Positions 1 through 9,153 of a DNA stretch of 64,000 bases are shown here, in pieces. Origin of the DNA: a virus; IMG/VR virus record IMGVR_UViG_3300035703_000067, positions 7,592 through 71,591 of that record; one strand, 5' to 3'. Made by a program: the position numbers and the translations under genes. The notes beneath the pieces are model-generated. The model was not told the origin of the DNA. It did no database searches and was given only the letters and a program-made list of their open reading frames with translations. How positions within the stretch are numbered: position 1 is the first letter of the stretch; each line of letters starts with the position of its first letter.

Positions 1-1925
1 CGTAGGGACTCCCGCTCCTCCTCTGTGGTCGCCCGGAGGTGCCACTGCTCATCCATCGCCGCAATGAGGTAGCGCGTGCCCCTGGCGTCGCCGTGCGCGT
101 TGTCGTGGTGGATCCAGATGATCGTCGTAGGAGGGAAGCCCCCGTCCTCTGGGTCACCGTTCTTGCTGCCGTAGGAATAGAAGGGGCTCGCGAAGGCCTT
201 GTCCTTCTCCTCGATCTGCACCTGCGTGGAGCAAGAGCCGATTGAATCCACCACCACGAGGGCGGGCTTGTACTGCTTGATCCACCCAATCAACTCGGTC
301 TCGTGGTTGAGCTGCCACCCGCGCTTGACGATGAACCACTTGTCCTTGCGCAAGTCGACGCCGTTGTCCTCGCAATCGCGCAGGAGCTTCGCCGGGTTCT
401 GGTCGTTCTGAATCCAGAGCACGGGACCCTTCTGCACCGGTAGGTCGATTCCCCGAATCCGCATCGACTCCCCACGCCCCACGGCCTTGGCGAGACCCAT
501 GCACGCCGAGGTCTTCCCGAGGCCACCCGCCGCATGGAGCATCACCTGCGTGGGCCTCATCAGCAAGTTGGGCACAAGGAAGTCCATCTTTTCGACGTCC
601 TCCCACCAGTTCTCCTTCTCGTTCTTCTCGCGAGCCTGCTTGTAGTAGCGGTACTCATTCATCGCCGAGAGGCACTGCACCCCGGTAAGGCGACGCCCGG
701 TTTCGGCCGCGAGACCGGCCATACGCCCCAGACGAATCGCCGGGTTGGTCTCCTCGTCGTGGATCTTGATCAGCGCCTCGTGAAAGTCCACCTCGGAGAG
801 CACCAGGCGAGGAACCTGCGTGAACGGCTGCGCCTTGGCGTCCTCCGGGTAGTTGTACCCAAGGGCTATGGCGATGTCCGCCACATACGTCTCAAGGTCG
901 GTGCCGGTCGGTTTGGGCGCGTTTTTGTTGTTGCTACGGATTTTGTGGATGAAATCGAGGACGTCCCCACTGACCCCACAGGCCTTGCAATCCCAACAAC
1001 CCGACTCAGCGGCGAACTGGAAGGTGGTGCCGGACTTGCCGCCATGCCAAGGGCACCCACACTTCATCTGTGGGTTCTCGCCACCGCTCTCCTTCCACCC
1101 GTACTGGTCGAAGACCGGGTGGTTGAAGACCAGCTCGGTCAACCGAGGGCGGAGCTTGGCCTGGATCTCCTCCTTGAAGAACCATCCCCTGATTTGCCGA
1201 GGCGGAAGAATGGTGGCGAACTCCTTGAACGCCTCCTCCATCTCACCGGTGAGGAAGGGCTTGGGTTTGCGCCGAGGCCGCACGGCATCCAGCACCCACC
1301 CCGGCGCCTTGGCCGGCATGCCGTTGTTGTAGCTGAGGAACTTGTAGAGCCGCCCCTCGGGGTGCGCCGAGCCCGGCAACACGCTCTGGCAATGGTTGAA
1401 GCGCAGCACCACCTCCTGATACTCCTCACCCTCGGGGGCGTGGTCGTCCTCCGTGCGGTCCTTGTCGCTTTGGCCTTCGTACCAGTTGCCGTCGTAGCGC
1501 AGGATGAGTGTCTTGAGCTTCTCCAGCTCGGGCGTGATCGTCGAGGGGAGCCTGTAGACGATCTGCCGGCGCCCGGGTTTGCCGGACGTCCAGGCCATGG
1601 TGCTCTCCTCGCCGTAGGGCTCGTACTCGTCACCAGCTATCGCCTTGTAGCGGGCATCGGCGAGCTCCCCATCGATGTCGACGGCGATCAGCCCATCGGA
1701 GAAACCGCCGGTGACGACGCCGATGCCGTTGTAGGCCTTGTTGGCCTTGTAGGCCTCGATGCACTGCTCCTTGGTGAGGGGCTGGGTCGCCCACTTCTCG
1801 ATGTAGGTCTCCTTCCCCGAGACCGGGATGAAGCTCCATGCGGCAGGGAAGACGTTGTCCCGCAGCAAATCGATGGCCTTCTTTCCGGAGAAAGGGAAGC
1901 CACTTGCGTTGTTCGCGCTGGTCAT
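1..1925 (-). CDS. Bifunctional primase-polymerase / AAA (RepA-like) helicase, runs off the window edge
   Basis: Read by hand because it is missing from the ORF track (no stop in window). ATG at 1925 gives MTSANNASGFPFSGKKAIDLL...NGIGVVTGGFSDGLIAVDIDG (prim-pol motif); Walker A LHAAGGLGKTS near 505-540. Confidence 0.85.
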   Translation of the reverse strand, partial: MTSANNASGFPFSGKKAIDLLRDNVFPAAWSFIPVSGKETYIEKWATQPLTKEQCIEAYKANKAYNGIGVVTGGFSDGLIAVDIDGELADARYKAIAGDEYEPYGEESTMAWTSGKPGRRQIVYRLPSTITPELEKLKTLILRYDGNWYEGQSDKDRTEDDHAPEGEEYQEVVLRFNHCQSVLPGSAHPEGRLYKFLSYNNGMPAKAPGWVLDAVRPRRKPKPFLTGEMEEAFKEFATILPPRQIRGWFFKEEIQAKLRPRLTELVFNHPVFDQYGWKESGGENPQMKCGCPWHGGKSGTTFQFAAESGCWDCKACGVSGDVLDFIHKIRSNNKNAPKPTGTDLETYVADIAIALGYNYPEDAKAQPFTQVPRLVLSEVDFHEALIKIHDEETNPAIRLGRMAGLAAETGRRLTGVQCLSAMNEYRYYKQAREKNEKENWWEDVEKMDFLVPNLLMRPTQVMLHAAGGLGKTSACMGLAKAVGRGESMRIRGIDLPVQKGPVLWIQNDQNPAKLLRDCEDNGVDLRKDKWFIVKRGWQLNHETELIGWIKQYKPALVVVDSIGSCSTQVQIEEKDKAFASPFYSYGSKNGDPEDGGFPPTTIIWIHHDNAHGDARGTRYLIAAMDEQWHLRATTEEERESL

Positions 1926-1956
1926 GTAGTTTTGTGTCGCGTGAGACCCATCCCCG

Positions 1957-1990
1957 AAAGCCCTTCCCGCACAAGGGGGAGGGCTTTTTT
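1957..1990 (+). terminator. Intrinsic terminator-like hairpin, possibly bidirectional
   Basis: AAAGCCCTTCCC-gcacaa-GGGGGAGGGC followed by T6. Confidence 0.65.
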
Positions 1991-2063
1991 GTGCCCGGCT
2001 TTCAGGGACAGGTCAACGTATCGCCCCGACCCCTGGCGAACAAGGGGGGCATAAGCATCCAGA

Positions 2064-2864
2064 ATGTTTTCAGACTTGTCAGTTAAAAGCGTCTGTTTAA
2101 TATGGTCAAAACAAGGCGCAACCGATTCAGTTTTGAAGACCGACGCACTTGCTACTAACGAAGAGCTGTTCCCGGACTACCCCAGCCTGTACGCGAAAGG
2201 CCGCCGCACCTTCTCCGTCCTGTTCACCCGGTGGATGGACACCAACGAGTGGTCCCACCCCGTGCTGGTGAAGCTCTCGCACGCTTGCATGGGCGGAGTG
2301 CGATGGCTCCACAGCTCCCAGATCAGCGGCCTTCGCCACAACGGCCTTGAGAACCCAGGCCCGAGGACGTTCATCGGCATCGAACGCCTGAACTACTACG
2401 TCCACCGGTACGCCACCACAAAGCGCCTCATCCCAGGGACGACCTCCAGCAACCACTACCAAATCGCCTACGCCATCACCGAGGACGGAGCACCCCCATC
2501 AGCCGGTTGGTTTTACGAAGTCTTCTGTGGACTCCGCGAACCCAAGGACATCGATCTGCGGGAGTCCTATTTCACGGAGAGCCAAGCGCAGGAGATTTCC
2601 TCCAACTGGGGTGCCCTGGTGCGAAAGCTCATGCGGGACAAGGATCTCGACGTGATCACCGACCTCGACAAGCTGCTGAGGCAGTCGTACCCCGCCCGTG
2701 ATTTCGAGCGCTTGACCCGCCTGAGGGAGGTGATCGCCAACCAAAACAGTTGGACGCCCGACGAATTGGTGATGGAGATCCCCGCCCTGATCACCCTTAC
2801 AGCCGAACTCGGTGGCCCTGACAAGGAACAAGACCTGCTTCTTTACTTAAAGGAGAAGCGTTAG
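2064..2864 (+). CDS. Hypothetical protein, possible HTH-containing regulator; start uncertain
   Basis: 266-aa ORF with phage-like codon usage, divergent from the primase; HSSQISGLRHNGLENPGP resembles an HTH recognition helix. Confidence 0.6.
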   Translation: MFSDLSVKSVCLIWSKQGATDSVLKTDALATNEELFPDYPSLYAKGRRTFSVLFTRWMDTNEWSHPVLVKLSHACMGGVRWLHSSQISGLRHNGLENPGPRTFIGIERLNYYVHRYATTKRLIPGTTSSNHYQIAYAITEDGAPPSAGWFYEVFCGLREPKDIDLRESYFTESQAQEISSNWGALVRKLMRDKDLDVITDLDKLLRQSYPARDFERLTRLREVIANQNSWTPDELVMEIPALITLTAELGGPDKEQDLLLYLKEKR

Positions 2865-2923
2865 TAGCCTGCGCCACCGATTACACCACTGGTAGTGGCA
2901 ACGATCCCGCAACAACACTACAA

Positions 2924-3349
2924 GTGCTGTATGGTGTCGCGGTAGTAAAAATCATTACGGCAGTGGGCTACAGCTGTCTTTCCTGGTCCTACGTCTATTT
3001 GCTCGGGGTCACCGCCACCGACAACGGGCTGGCGCTCAGTTGTGGCGACGAACCGGATCGCCCTAACAGCAAGGGGCACTGTGCGTCACATCAATACGAG
3101 GCATTCGCGCCGTATCTCGAGATCTTCACGGCCTGGCGCAAGGATCCCGACGCGTTGGAATGTCCTTTGATTCCCGTTCACCAGGAAGGGACAGGACAGG
3201 CTTGCTTCAGTCTTCCGGGCGCTTTTTACGATTATCCAGACCTCCTTAACAAGGCAGAACCGAGTCACACCAATACTTCTTGCACTCAGTCCAAAGAGAC
3301 TCGGCGCGTTGCTCACGTTTCGGTTGACGGCGCATCCTTGCCGGACTAG
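2924..3349 (+). CDS. Hypothetical protein
   Basis: 141-aa ORF filling the gap; start uncertain. Confidence 0.4.
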   Translation: MLYGVAVVKIITAVGYSCLSWSYVYLLGVTATDNGLALSCGDEPDRPNSKGHCASHQYEAFAPYLEIFTAWRKDPDALECPLIPVHQEGTGQACFSLPGAFYDYPDLLNKAEPSHTNTSCTQSKETRRVAHVSVDGASLPD

Positions 3350-3352
3350 GCT
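3324..3352 (+). promoter_or_regulatory. Sigma70-type promoter
   Basis: TTGACG-N17-TAGGCT upstream of the RHH/SSB genes. Confidence 0.6.
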
Positions 3353-3373
3353 GACTTCAGTTGACCAAATGCC

Positions 3374-3556
3374 TTGGGCACCAAGCACCGCCTCTACGGC
3401 GAGCTGAAGCGCAAGCGGCATCTGTACCTAACAGAAACCGCCTACCGACATCTGGTCAACCTTGCCCAGGCGACGGCCAGCTCCCCTTCTCAGGTCTGCG
3501 AGCAGATCCTGCGCAAGGAGATCGCCACAGCCACGGGCACGCAACCCCCCTTCTAA
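3374..3556 (+). CDS. Small ribbon-helix-helix-like DNA-binding protein
   Basis: KRKRHLYLTETAYRHLVNLAQATASSPSQVCEQILR fits a strand-helix-helix pattern. Confidence 0.55.
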   Translation: MGTKHRLYGELKRKRHLYLTETAYRHLVNLAQATASSPSQVCEQILRKEIATATGTQPPF

Positions 3557-3572
3557 GCAACCCCCATTCACC

Positions 3573-4103
3573 ATGGCTGTTTTCGACCTCGACTTTCTCG
3601 CCGAAGCCAATGCCGAGGGCGGCTCTGGCCGCTATGTCAACCTCAGCAAGATTGAAGGCGAACGCCGTTTTCGCTTCATCGGCGAGGGCATCTCCGGCTT
3701 CTACGCCTGGAACACCGACAACAAACCGGTGCGATGGGAAGTCAAGCCCGCCGAGATCCCTGAGAACATTAAGCCCGACCTCAACGGCAGCCGCGAGGCG
3801 AAGCGCTTCCTGGCGTCCCTCGTGTGGGACTACGAAGAAGAAGACTTCCGCATCATGGAGATCAACCAGATCTCTCTGATGAAGATGATCTTCAAGTACA
3901 TGTCAGATGAAGACTACGGCGACCTCACGAACTACGACGTGAAGATCATCCGCGAGAAGAAGAACGACAAAATCACCTACACCCTTCTCCCGGCGCCTCC
4001 AAAACCCCTCAAGTCCGAAATCGCCAAGGCCTACGAAGAAGTGGAGTGCAACCTCCACGCCCTGTTCGACGGGAAGGATCCCTGGGCCGCAGCCGCTGCC
4101 TGA
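3573..4103 (+). CDS. Phage single-stranded DNA-binding protein (putative)
   Basis: 176 aa, acidic and aromatic-rich (RFRFIG, VWDYEE, YDVKIIR..ITYTLLP); adjacent to an exonuclease. Confidence 0.65.
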   Translation: MAVFDLDFLAEANAEGGSGRYVNLSKIEGERRFRFIGEGISGFYAWNTDNKPVRWEVKPAEIPENIKPDLNGSREAKRFLASLVWDYEEEDFRIMEINQISLMKMIFKYMSDEDYGDLTNYDVKIIREKKNDKITYTLLPAPPKPLKSEIAKAYEEVECNLHALFDGKDPWAAAAA

Positions 4104-4121
4104 GCTGACTGATTCACAAAT

Positions 4122-4151
4122 GGGGCGGCTTCTGACCCGCCCCTTTCTTTT
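4122..4151 (+). terminator. Intrinsic terminator
   Basis: GGGGCGG-cttctgac-CCGCCCC then TTTCTTTT. Confidence 0.55.
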
Positions 4152-4161
4152 GCCTTGTGCC

Positions 4162-4857
4162 ATGACCGTCCTCACCGAGCGCCTTCGACTTCTCCCTCGC
4201 TACGAACCTGTGCGCTCTCACGAGGGCGATGAGCGCGCCTACGCCACCCCCCTCGGGCCGATGCCCTCGGTCACCACGGTGCTGTCCGGTTCCCGCGACA
4301 ACACCGGTCTCGAAGAGTGGCGCGAATCAGTCGGCATCGAGCGCGCCGACGAGATCCTCAAGATCGCCTGTTTCCGTGGCACGGGGCATCACGAAAACAT
4401 CGAGCGGTACCTGACGGATGGAAGCGAACCTCCGTTCAACCTGCTCCTGACCCCGTACTGGAAGTCGACTCGCTCTTTCGTACGCAGCGTGGAGCGCGCT
4501 GTCCTCCTCGAGGGAGCGATCTGGCACCCGGACGGCTACGCCGGAACCCTCGACTGCATCGCCTATCTCCCCGAGGACGATCTCCAACCCACCCTCCTCG
4601 ACTGGAAGACGGCCGACACCCCCCGCAAGCCCAACAAGCTCTACGACTACTCGCTGCAGTGCGCCGCCTACGTCACCGCAGCGAACTACGTCTACGGCCA
4701 CATGGGCCTGGCGATCGAGCGCGCGGCGATCGTCGTTGCCCTCCCTGACCAGGAGCCTCAGATCGTCTGGATCGACGCCGACGCTCTCGCCCAGTACTAC
4801 CAGCACTTCCTCGCGCGCCTTCAGCGCTTCACCTTCGCCCGGGGCTCACGCAAATGA
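4162..4857 (+). CDS. PD-(D/E)XK exonuclease (phage Cas4/MGME1-like)
   Basis: PSVTTVL, RGTGHH, YAGTLDC...LLDWKT and Q.AAY motifs. Confidence 0.85.
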   Translation: MTVLTERLRLLPRYEPVRSHEGDERAYATPLGPMPSVTTVLSGSRDNTGLEEWRESVGIERADEILKIACFRGTGHHENIERYLTDGSEPPFNLLLTPYWKSTRSFVRSVERAVLLEGAIWHPDGYAGTLDCIAYLPEDDLQPTLLDWKTADTPRKPNKLYDYSLQCAAYVTAANYVYGHMGLAIERAAIVVALPDQEPQIVWIDADALAQYYQHFLARLQRFTFARGSRK

Positions 4858-5252
4858 CCTCGACGCCGCAGAAACTCGAGAGTTACCTGGCCACAGCCAT
4901 GGCCGGCAGCCTCATCGGCCAGATCGCCCGCGCCCGAGAGATCCCCTTCCAGGAGATGTTCTCCGCTGACGGCACCACCTCCTCCCCAGCAATCCGCGCC
5001 ATCGCCACCGAGCTCGACGAGCTGGGCATCGACGCCGAACTCCTCGCCTCCCAGGCCCTCGGCGCCCTGGTCGCCCTCTTCGCCCAAGAGCAGAACGCCG
5101 AGCTGATCACCAGCCAGTACACCGCACTGCTCTGGTCAATCCTCGGTGACCCCGAGAACGGCGGAAACCCCCCTGAGATCTACCGCAAAGCCGGGCACGC
5201 GATGTACCTGACCTTCATCGGAATCCTGGACCCCAACTTCCCAAAACAATGA
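4854..5252 (+). CDS. Hypothetical protein
   Basis: ATGA-coupled on both sides. Confidence 0.7.
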   Translation: MTSTPQKLESYLATAMAGSLIGQIARAREIPFQEMFSADGTTSSPAIRAIATELDELGIDAELLASQALGALVALFAQEQNAELITSQYTALLWSILGDPENGGNPPEIYRKAGHAMYLTFIGILDPNFPKQ

Positions 5253-5821
5253 CTCGACTGATCGGCCTCTACTCCCCCGCCCCGCAAAGCGGCAAAACCA
5301 CAGTCGCCAACTACCTCCTGGTCAGTGGTTGGCGCACGGTGTCCTTCGCTGCACCGATCAAGCACATGGTGGTGCAGTTGTTGATCCAGCTCGGCCACTC
5401 GGAGGACAACGCCCGCCGCCTGGTCAACACCGACAAGGAGGAAGTCATCCCCCAGCTGCGCACCACCGCGCGCCACATGCTCCAGACGCTCGGCACCGAG
5501 TACGGCCGCAACTGCATCCACCCACAAGTGTGGGTGATGTGCGCAGAGACCCGGATCACCAAGCTGTTGAACCAGGGCACCCCAGTGATCGTCGACGACG
5601 TGCGCTTCCCCAACGAAGCGGCCTTGATCCGCCGCTTGGGCGGCGAAATGTGGCGCCTCGAGCGCCCCCAAGCCGAACGCGGAACGGAACACGCCAGCGA
5701 GGGCGGCCTCGACGCCTACCCCCTGTTCGACCGTCGCATCGTGAACGACGGCACGTTGATCGATCTCTACGACCGCATCAACGAGGTCTTGAAGCCCACC
5801 GTCACCGTCACCCCTGTTTAG
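5249..5821 (+). CDS. Deoxynucleoside monophosphate kinase
   Basis: IGLYSPAPQSGKTT P-loop, SFAAPIK, RHMLQTLGTEYGR, DDVRFPNEA, HASE. Confidence 0.9.
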   Translation: MTRLIGLYSPAPQSGKTTVANYLLVSGWRTVSFAAPIKHMVVQLLIQLGHSEDNARRLVNTDKEEVIPQLRTTARHMLQTLGTEYGRNCIHPQVWVMCAETRITKLLNQGTPVIVDDVRFPNEAALIRRLGGEMWRLERPQAERGTEHASEGGLDAYPLFDRRIVNDGTLIDLYDRINEVLKPTVTVTPV

Positions 5822-5823
5822 CC

Positions 5824-6081
5824 ATGCCAGTGATTCCATCTGTACCCATGACCCGGGCACCTGAGCCCACAGAGGGTTTGCCCTGCCCCTACCCCTGGCG
5901 CTTCCGCATCGGCGCCTTGGTTTACGTCAAGGGGCACCCATTACACGACACCTTCACCGTGATCGGCGGCGAATTGTGGATGGGCTGGCCCCATTACCAC
6001 CTGTACGACCGCGACGGGCGCACCCTGCGGGTGCCGCAGATCCACTGCTCGTCGAAGCCAATTACCTACAAGAAAAGCTGA
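5824..6081 (+). CDS. Hypothetical protein
   Basis: 85 aa, coupled to thyX. Confidence 0.55.
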   Translation: MPVIPSVPMTRAPEPTEGLPCPYPWRFRIGALVYVKGHPLHDTFTVIGGELWMGWPHYHLYDRDGRTLRVPQIHCSSKPITYKKS

Positions 6082-6800
6082 TGGACCCTTATTTCCGCGT
6101 CGAAGTGCTGGCCCGCACTGAAAATCCTCAGACTGTCTGTTGGTGGGCCGCTCATCAGGATTATTCCGACCGCTTCGTCTTCGATGAAGACCCCCCTGGC
6201 GAAACCGAGGCCGGCGCCCTGGTTGTCAAACATCTCCTTGCCGGTGAGCGTGGTCACTACGGCCCCCTCGAACACCCCCAGATCACATTCAACGTCGGGG
6301 GCTTCCCTCACTCGGTGATGCAACAAGCCCGCACACACCGAGTCGGCGTGAGCTTCGACGTCCAATCAGGCCGCTACACCGGCAAGCGCATCGTGGATGC
6401 CGCCAACCGCGAGCGCGACGTCGAGGAAGTGTTCTACCTCCGCCCCGTGGGCGTCTACCGAGACCGCCAGGGCAAGAAATATGAATACACCGAAGACCAG
6501 CGTGTGGTGCACCGGATCATCTGCGTCGACTCCGCGATCCGCTACAAACTCGCCCTCGAGGCCGGCTTCAGCGAAGAACACGCCCGGGACATCATCCCCT
6601 ACGCCATCCGGCAGGACTTCGTTGTCTCCTTCAATCTGCGCTCGTTGCTCCACTTCATGGATCTCCGCGCCAAGCGCGACGCGCAGCTCGAGATCCAACA
6701 GATGTGCGACCTCATCTGGCCCCACCTCGAGGCATGGGCACCAGATATCGCCGCCTGGTACGCCACCTCTCGCCTGCACAAGGCGCGTCTTGCACCTTGA
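6081..6800 (+). CDS. thyX: Flavin-dependent thymidylate synthase
   Basis: GHYGPLEH, QARTHR-VGVSFDVQ-S-GRY signature, EHARD, NLRSLLHF.DLR...AQLEI. Confidence 0.95.
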   Translation: MDPYFRVEVLARTENPQTVCWWAAHQDYSDRFVFDEDPPGETEAGALVVKHLLAGERGHYGPLEHPQITFNVGGFPHSVMQQARTHRVGVSFDVQSGRYTGKRIVDAANRERDVEEVFYLRPVGVYRDRQGKKYEYTEDQRVVHRIICVDSAIRYKLALEAGFSEEHARDIIPYAIRQDFVVSFNLRSLLHFMDLRAKRDAQLEIQQMCDLIWPHLEAWAPDIAAWYATSRLHKARLAP

Positions 6801-7003
6801 CACTTCTACCTGGGAAAACAATTGATGAGCGCTCTTATGATCCTGACTTAAAGGAAGGGACGCAGACAGTAGTTACAAGACTTGGGCCACAAGAGCTCGC
6901 CTTGTTTAAGCAAACCGCTAACAATATGGGCCTTACACGTAGCAATCTTGCTAGGCGCCTGATTGTTGAAGGGCTTTTAGCTCTACGGGAAAAGCAGAAA
7001 TGA
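6797..7003 (+). CDS. Small RHH-like DNA-binding protein (TTG start, uncertain)
   Basis: TVVTRLGPQELALFKQTANNMGLTRSNLARRLI; locally AT-rich. Confidence 0.5.
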   Translation: MTLLPGKTIDERSYDPDLKEGTQTVVTRLGPQELALFKQTANNMGLTRSNLARRLIVEGLLALREKQK

Positions 7004-7329
7004 CTTACACGTCCCCCCTGCACATCACCATCCGCTCCACCGAGGACGGCTACTACCGCTGGGAGCTACGCGACGGCCCTGATGGCGCCTTCGAGTACGC
7101 CGGTTACGCCCCGCTCTTGGAGCGTTGTTTCGAGGAGATCATCCGCGCCCAATGGGTCCTGTGCGAACACCTCACAGGAGAAGCTGACCCCTCGGCCACC
7201 ACACTCACGGCGAATCCGCCCACGAACCACGCCCCGGCTCGTCTCCATACGCCCCACGGCGAGGTGCTCACCGTCCAACAGGACATCCCAGCCTTGGGCC
7301 ACGAGAGCGAGAGCGCAGACTCTTTTTAA
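7000..7329 (+). CDS. Hypothetical protein
   Basis: Coupled ORF, 109 aa. Confidence 0.6.
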   Translation: MTYTSPLHITIRSTEDGYYRWELRDGPDGAFEYAGYAPLLERCFEEIIRAQWVLCEHLTGEADPSATTLTANPPTNHAPARLHTPHGEVLTVQQDIPALGHESESADSF

Positions 7330-7363
7330 CTTCTCCCAACCGAATCAGGTTGACAATGGCCGC

Positions 7364-8227
7364 ATGTCCAACAGCGAAATCCACGACTACCTGACCGAAG
7401 TAGGTCGCCACCCCGTTCTCTGCAAAGAGGCGCAACTTCGCCATTGTCAACGGATTTACGCCTGGGTGCACCACGAGGCCGGCCGCGAAGGCGCCCCGAA
7501 TGCAGTGCGTCGTTCAGGCCAGCGCTCCATGGACGTGATGATCCGCACCAACACGCGCCTGGTGGTGTCAATCGCCAAGCGCTACCAGGGCCGAGGGCTC
7601 GACCTCCCCGACTTGATCCAAGAGGGCAACCTCGGTCTGATTCGTGGCCTCGAGCTGTTCGACCCCACACGCGGCTACGCGGTCTCGACCTATGTGTACT
7701 GGTGGATCCGCCAAGCGGTGACGCGCGCAATCCACAGTCACGCCCGTTTGATCCGCATCCCGATCAACACCCACGAACTCCTGGGGCGCATCCAGCGCTT
7801 CATCGCCGAGACCGGCGCCTTAACAGGGCGCCGCCCCACAGTCACCGAGATCGCCGAACACGTCAACACCAGCGAAGCGCGCGTAATCGAGGCCCTGGAC
7901 CATCACGCGGTGACGGTGTGCATGTCCCTCGATGTGCTCTGCCGCGAGGGCGAGAGCCCGTTGATCACCCTTATCCCGGACGAGAACCAACCGGAATCCT
8001 ACGAGAACCTCCAGGCGTTACAGAACCGCGAAGCGGTGAAGCGCGCCATGCGGGAGGTGCTCACCGAGACGGAAGCTCAAATCCTGCACGGCGTCTTCTA
8101 CGAGAACATGACCTTCCGCGCCCTATCCGAGGAGATGGGATGCAGCCGAGCGCGTGTCGGTCAGATCCATTACGCAGCTCTGAACAAGTTGCGCATCCAC
8201 CTATCCAGAAAGGGGCACGAGGTATGA
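7364..8227 (+). CDS. RNA polymerase sigma-70 family factor (RpoD/group-2-like)
   Basis: YLTEVGRHPVL, NTRLVVSIAKRYQGRGLDLPDLIQEGNLGL, FDPTRGYAVSTYVYWWIRQA, region-4 SRARVGQI. Confidence 0.95.
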   Translation: MSNSEIHDYLTEVGRHPVLCKEAQLRHCQRIYAWVHHEAGREGAPNAVRRSGQRSMDVMIRTNTRLVVSIAKRYQGRGLDLPDLIQEGNLGLIRGLELFDPTRGYAVSTYVYWWIRQAVTRAIHSHARLIRIPINTHELLGRIQRFIAETGALTGRRPTVTEIAEHVNTSEARVIEALDHHAVTVCMSLDVLCREGESPLITLIPDENQPESYENLQALQNREAVKRAMREVLTETEAQILHGVFYENMTFRALSEEMGCSRARVGQIHYAALNKLRIHLSRKGHEV

Positions 8228-8514
8228 CGATGCCGTTCCAACATCCTTCCTACCCAGCCGGACCCTTGTTCCTTTACCCCCGGCTGGTCTTCGACCCCGC
8301 GTTCATCGGATGGGGGCGTCGCCCGGGTGATCCATGTCCCCTCGCGGTGTACGACTTCGCCCGCTGCGTGGATGCCGTGCGCCAGTGGTACGAGATGGAC
8401 AACGACGAAGCCCACGAATACGTCACGACGCAATGCGAGGGCGCCTGGCTCGGCCCCGGCACACCACTCATCATGCAGGTAGGTACACCGGGCCACCTGG
8501 AGGAACTCCTATGA
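8224..8514 (+). CDS. Hypothetical phage protein
   Basis: FDPAFIG...AVYD...EAHEY...GAWLGPGTP; coupled to the sigma gene. Confidence 0.65.
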   Translation: MTMPFQHPSYPAGPLFLYPRLVFDPAFIGWGRRPGDPCPLAVYDFARCVDAVRQWYEMDNDEAHEYVTTQCEGAWLGPGTPLIMQVGTPGHLEELL

Positions 8515-8723
8515 GCAACGAGCCTTACATCCCACTGAGGTGGTACGAAACCGCGCTCTTGCGCTTTCTACTGAAGAGCCCGCGCATTGACCGCATCATT
8601 GTGCAGCAGAACGTCATCGAAGACGACGACGATGTGGACGACGAACAATACGAATGCGCCTTGCGCGCCCAGCTGGAAGACCTGTACCAAGGCCCCAGCG
8701 CGGAAGAGTACAGAGAGGGTTGA
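8511..8723 (+). CDS. Hypothetical acidic protein
   Basis: ATGA overlap, GGAGG RBS. Confidence 0.6.
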   Translation: MSNEPYIPLRWYETALLRFLLKSPRIDRIIVQQNVIEDDDDVDDEQYECALRAQLEDLYQGPSAEEYREG

Positions 8724-8775
8724 CAGTTAGCGTAGCGGCTATGCTAACCTACGGGTCCTCAGGCGCCGCCCTGCA

Positions 8776-9153
8776 ATGCCCAAACAACGCTCCGAAATCA
8801 GCCTCGATCGACTGCTCGCCGTCTGCGACACCTTCTACGCCCAACAGGGCTATGTCATCTGGAAGGAAGTCGGCGACGCACTAGGCATCAGCCGTCAAGC
8901 TGTCCAACTACGCCTCCGCGCCGCCGTCGAAAAAGGCGACATCAAGCCAGAACTGGTCGAGAAGTACCAGAGCCTCGCCTCACGCCGCGCCGCCGCCCGA
9001 GAACGGGACCGCCAACACAGCCTTTCAAAGCGCTACATCACCTACACCCCTGAGAACCTCAAGTGGTTGCAAGCGGAGTCAGACCGCAAAGGAGCGCAGA
9101 TCACCGAGATCGTTAATGGGCTCATCACCCGAGAACGTGAAAGCACTAAATAG
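8776..9153 (+). CDS. HTH DNA-binding protein with C-terminal RHH-like segment
   Basis: WKEVGDALGISRQAVQLRL helix-turn-helix. Confidence 0.75.
   Translation: MPKQRSEISLDRLLAVCDTFYAQQGYVIWKEVGDALGISRQAVQLRLRAAVEKGDIKPELVEKYQSLASRRAAARERDRQHSLSKRYITYTPENLKWLQAESDRKGAQITEIVNGLITRERESTK

Noticed and set aside
534-2054. 506-aa plus-strand ORF
   Set aside because: Antisense shadow of the primase/helicase, which has clear motifs on the minus strand.
4162-4857. Cas4-like nuclease as evidence of a CRISPR-Cas locus
   Set aside because: Sits with SSB in the replication module; no cas1/cas2 and no repeat-spacer array seen anywhere in the window.
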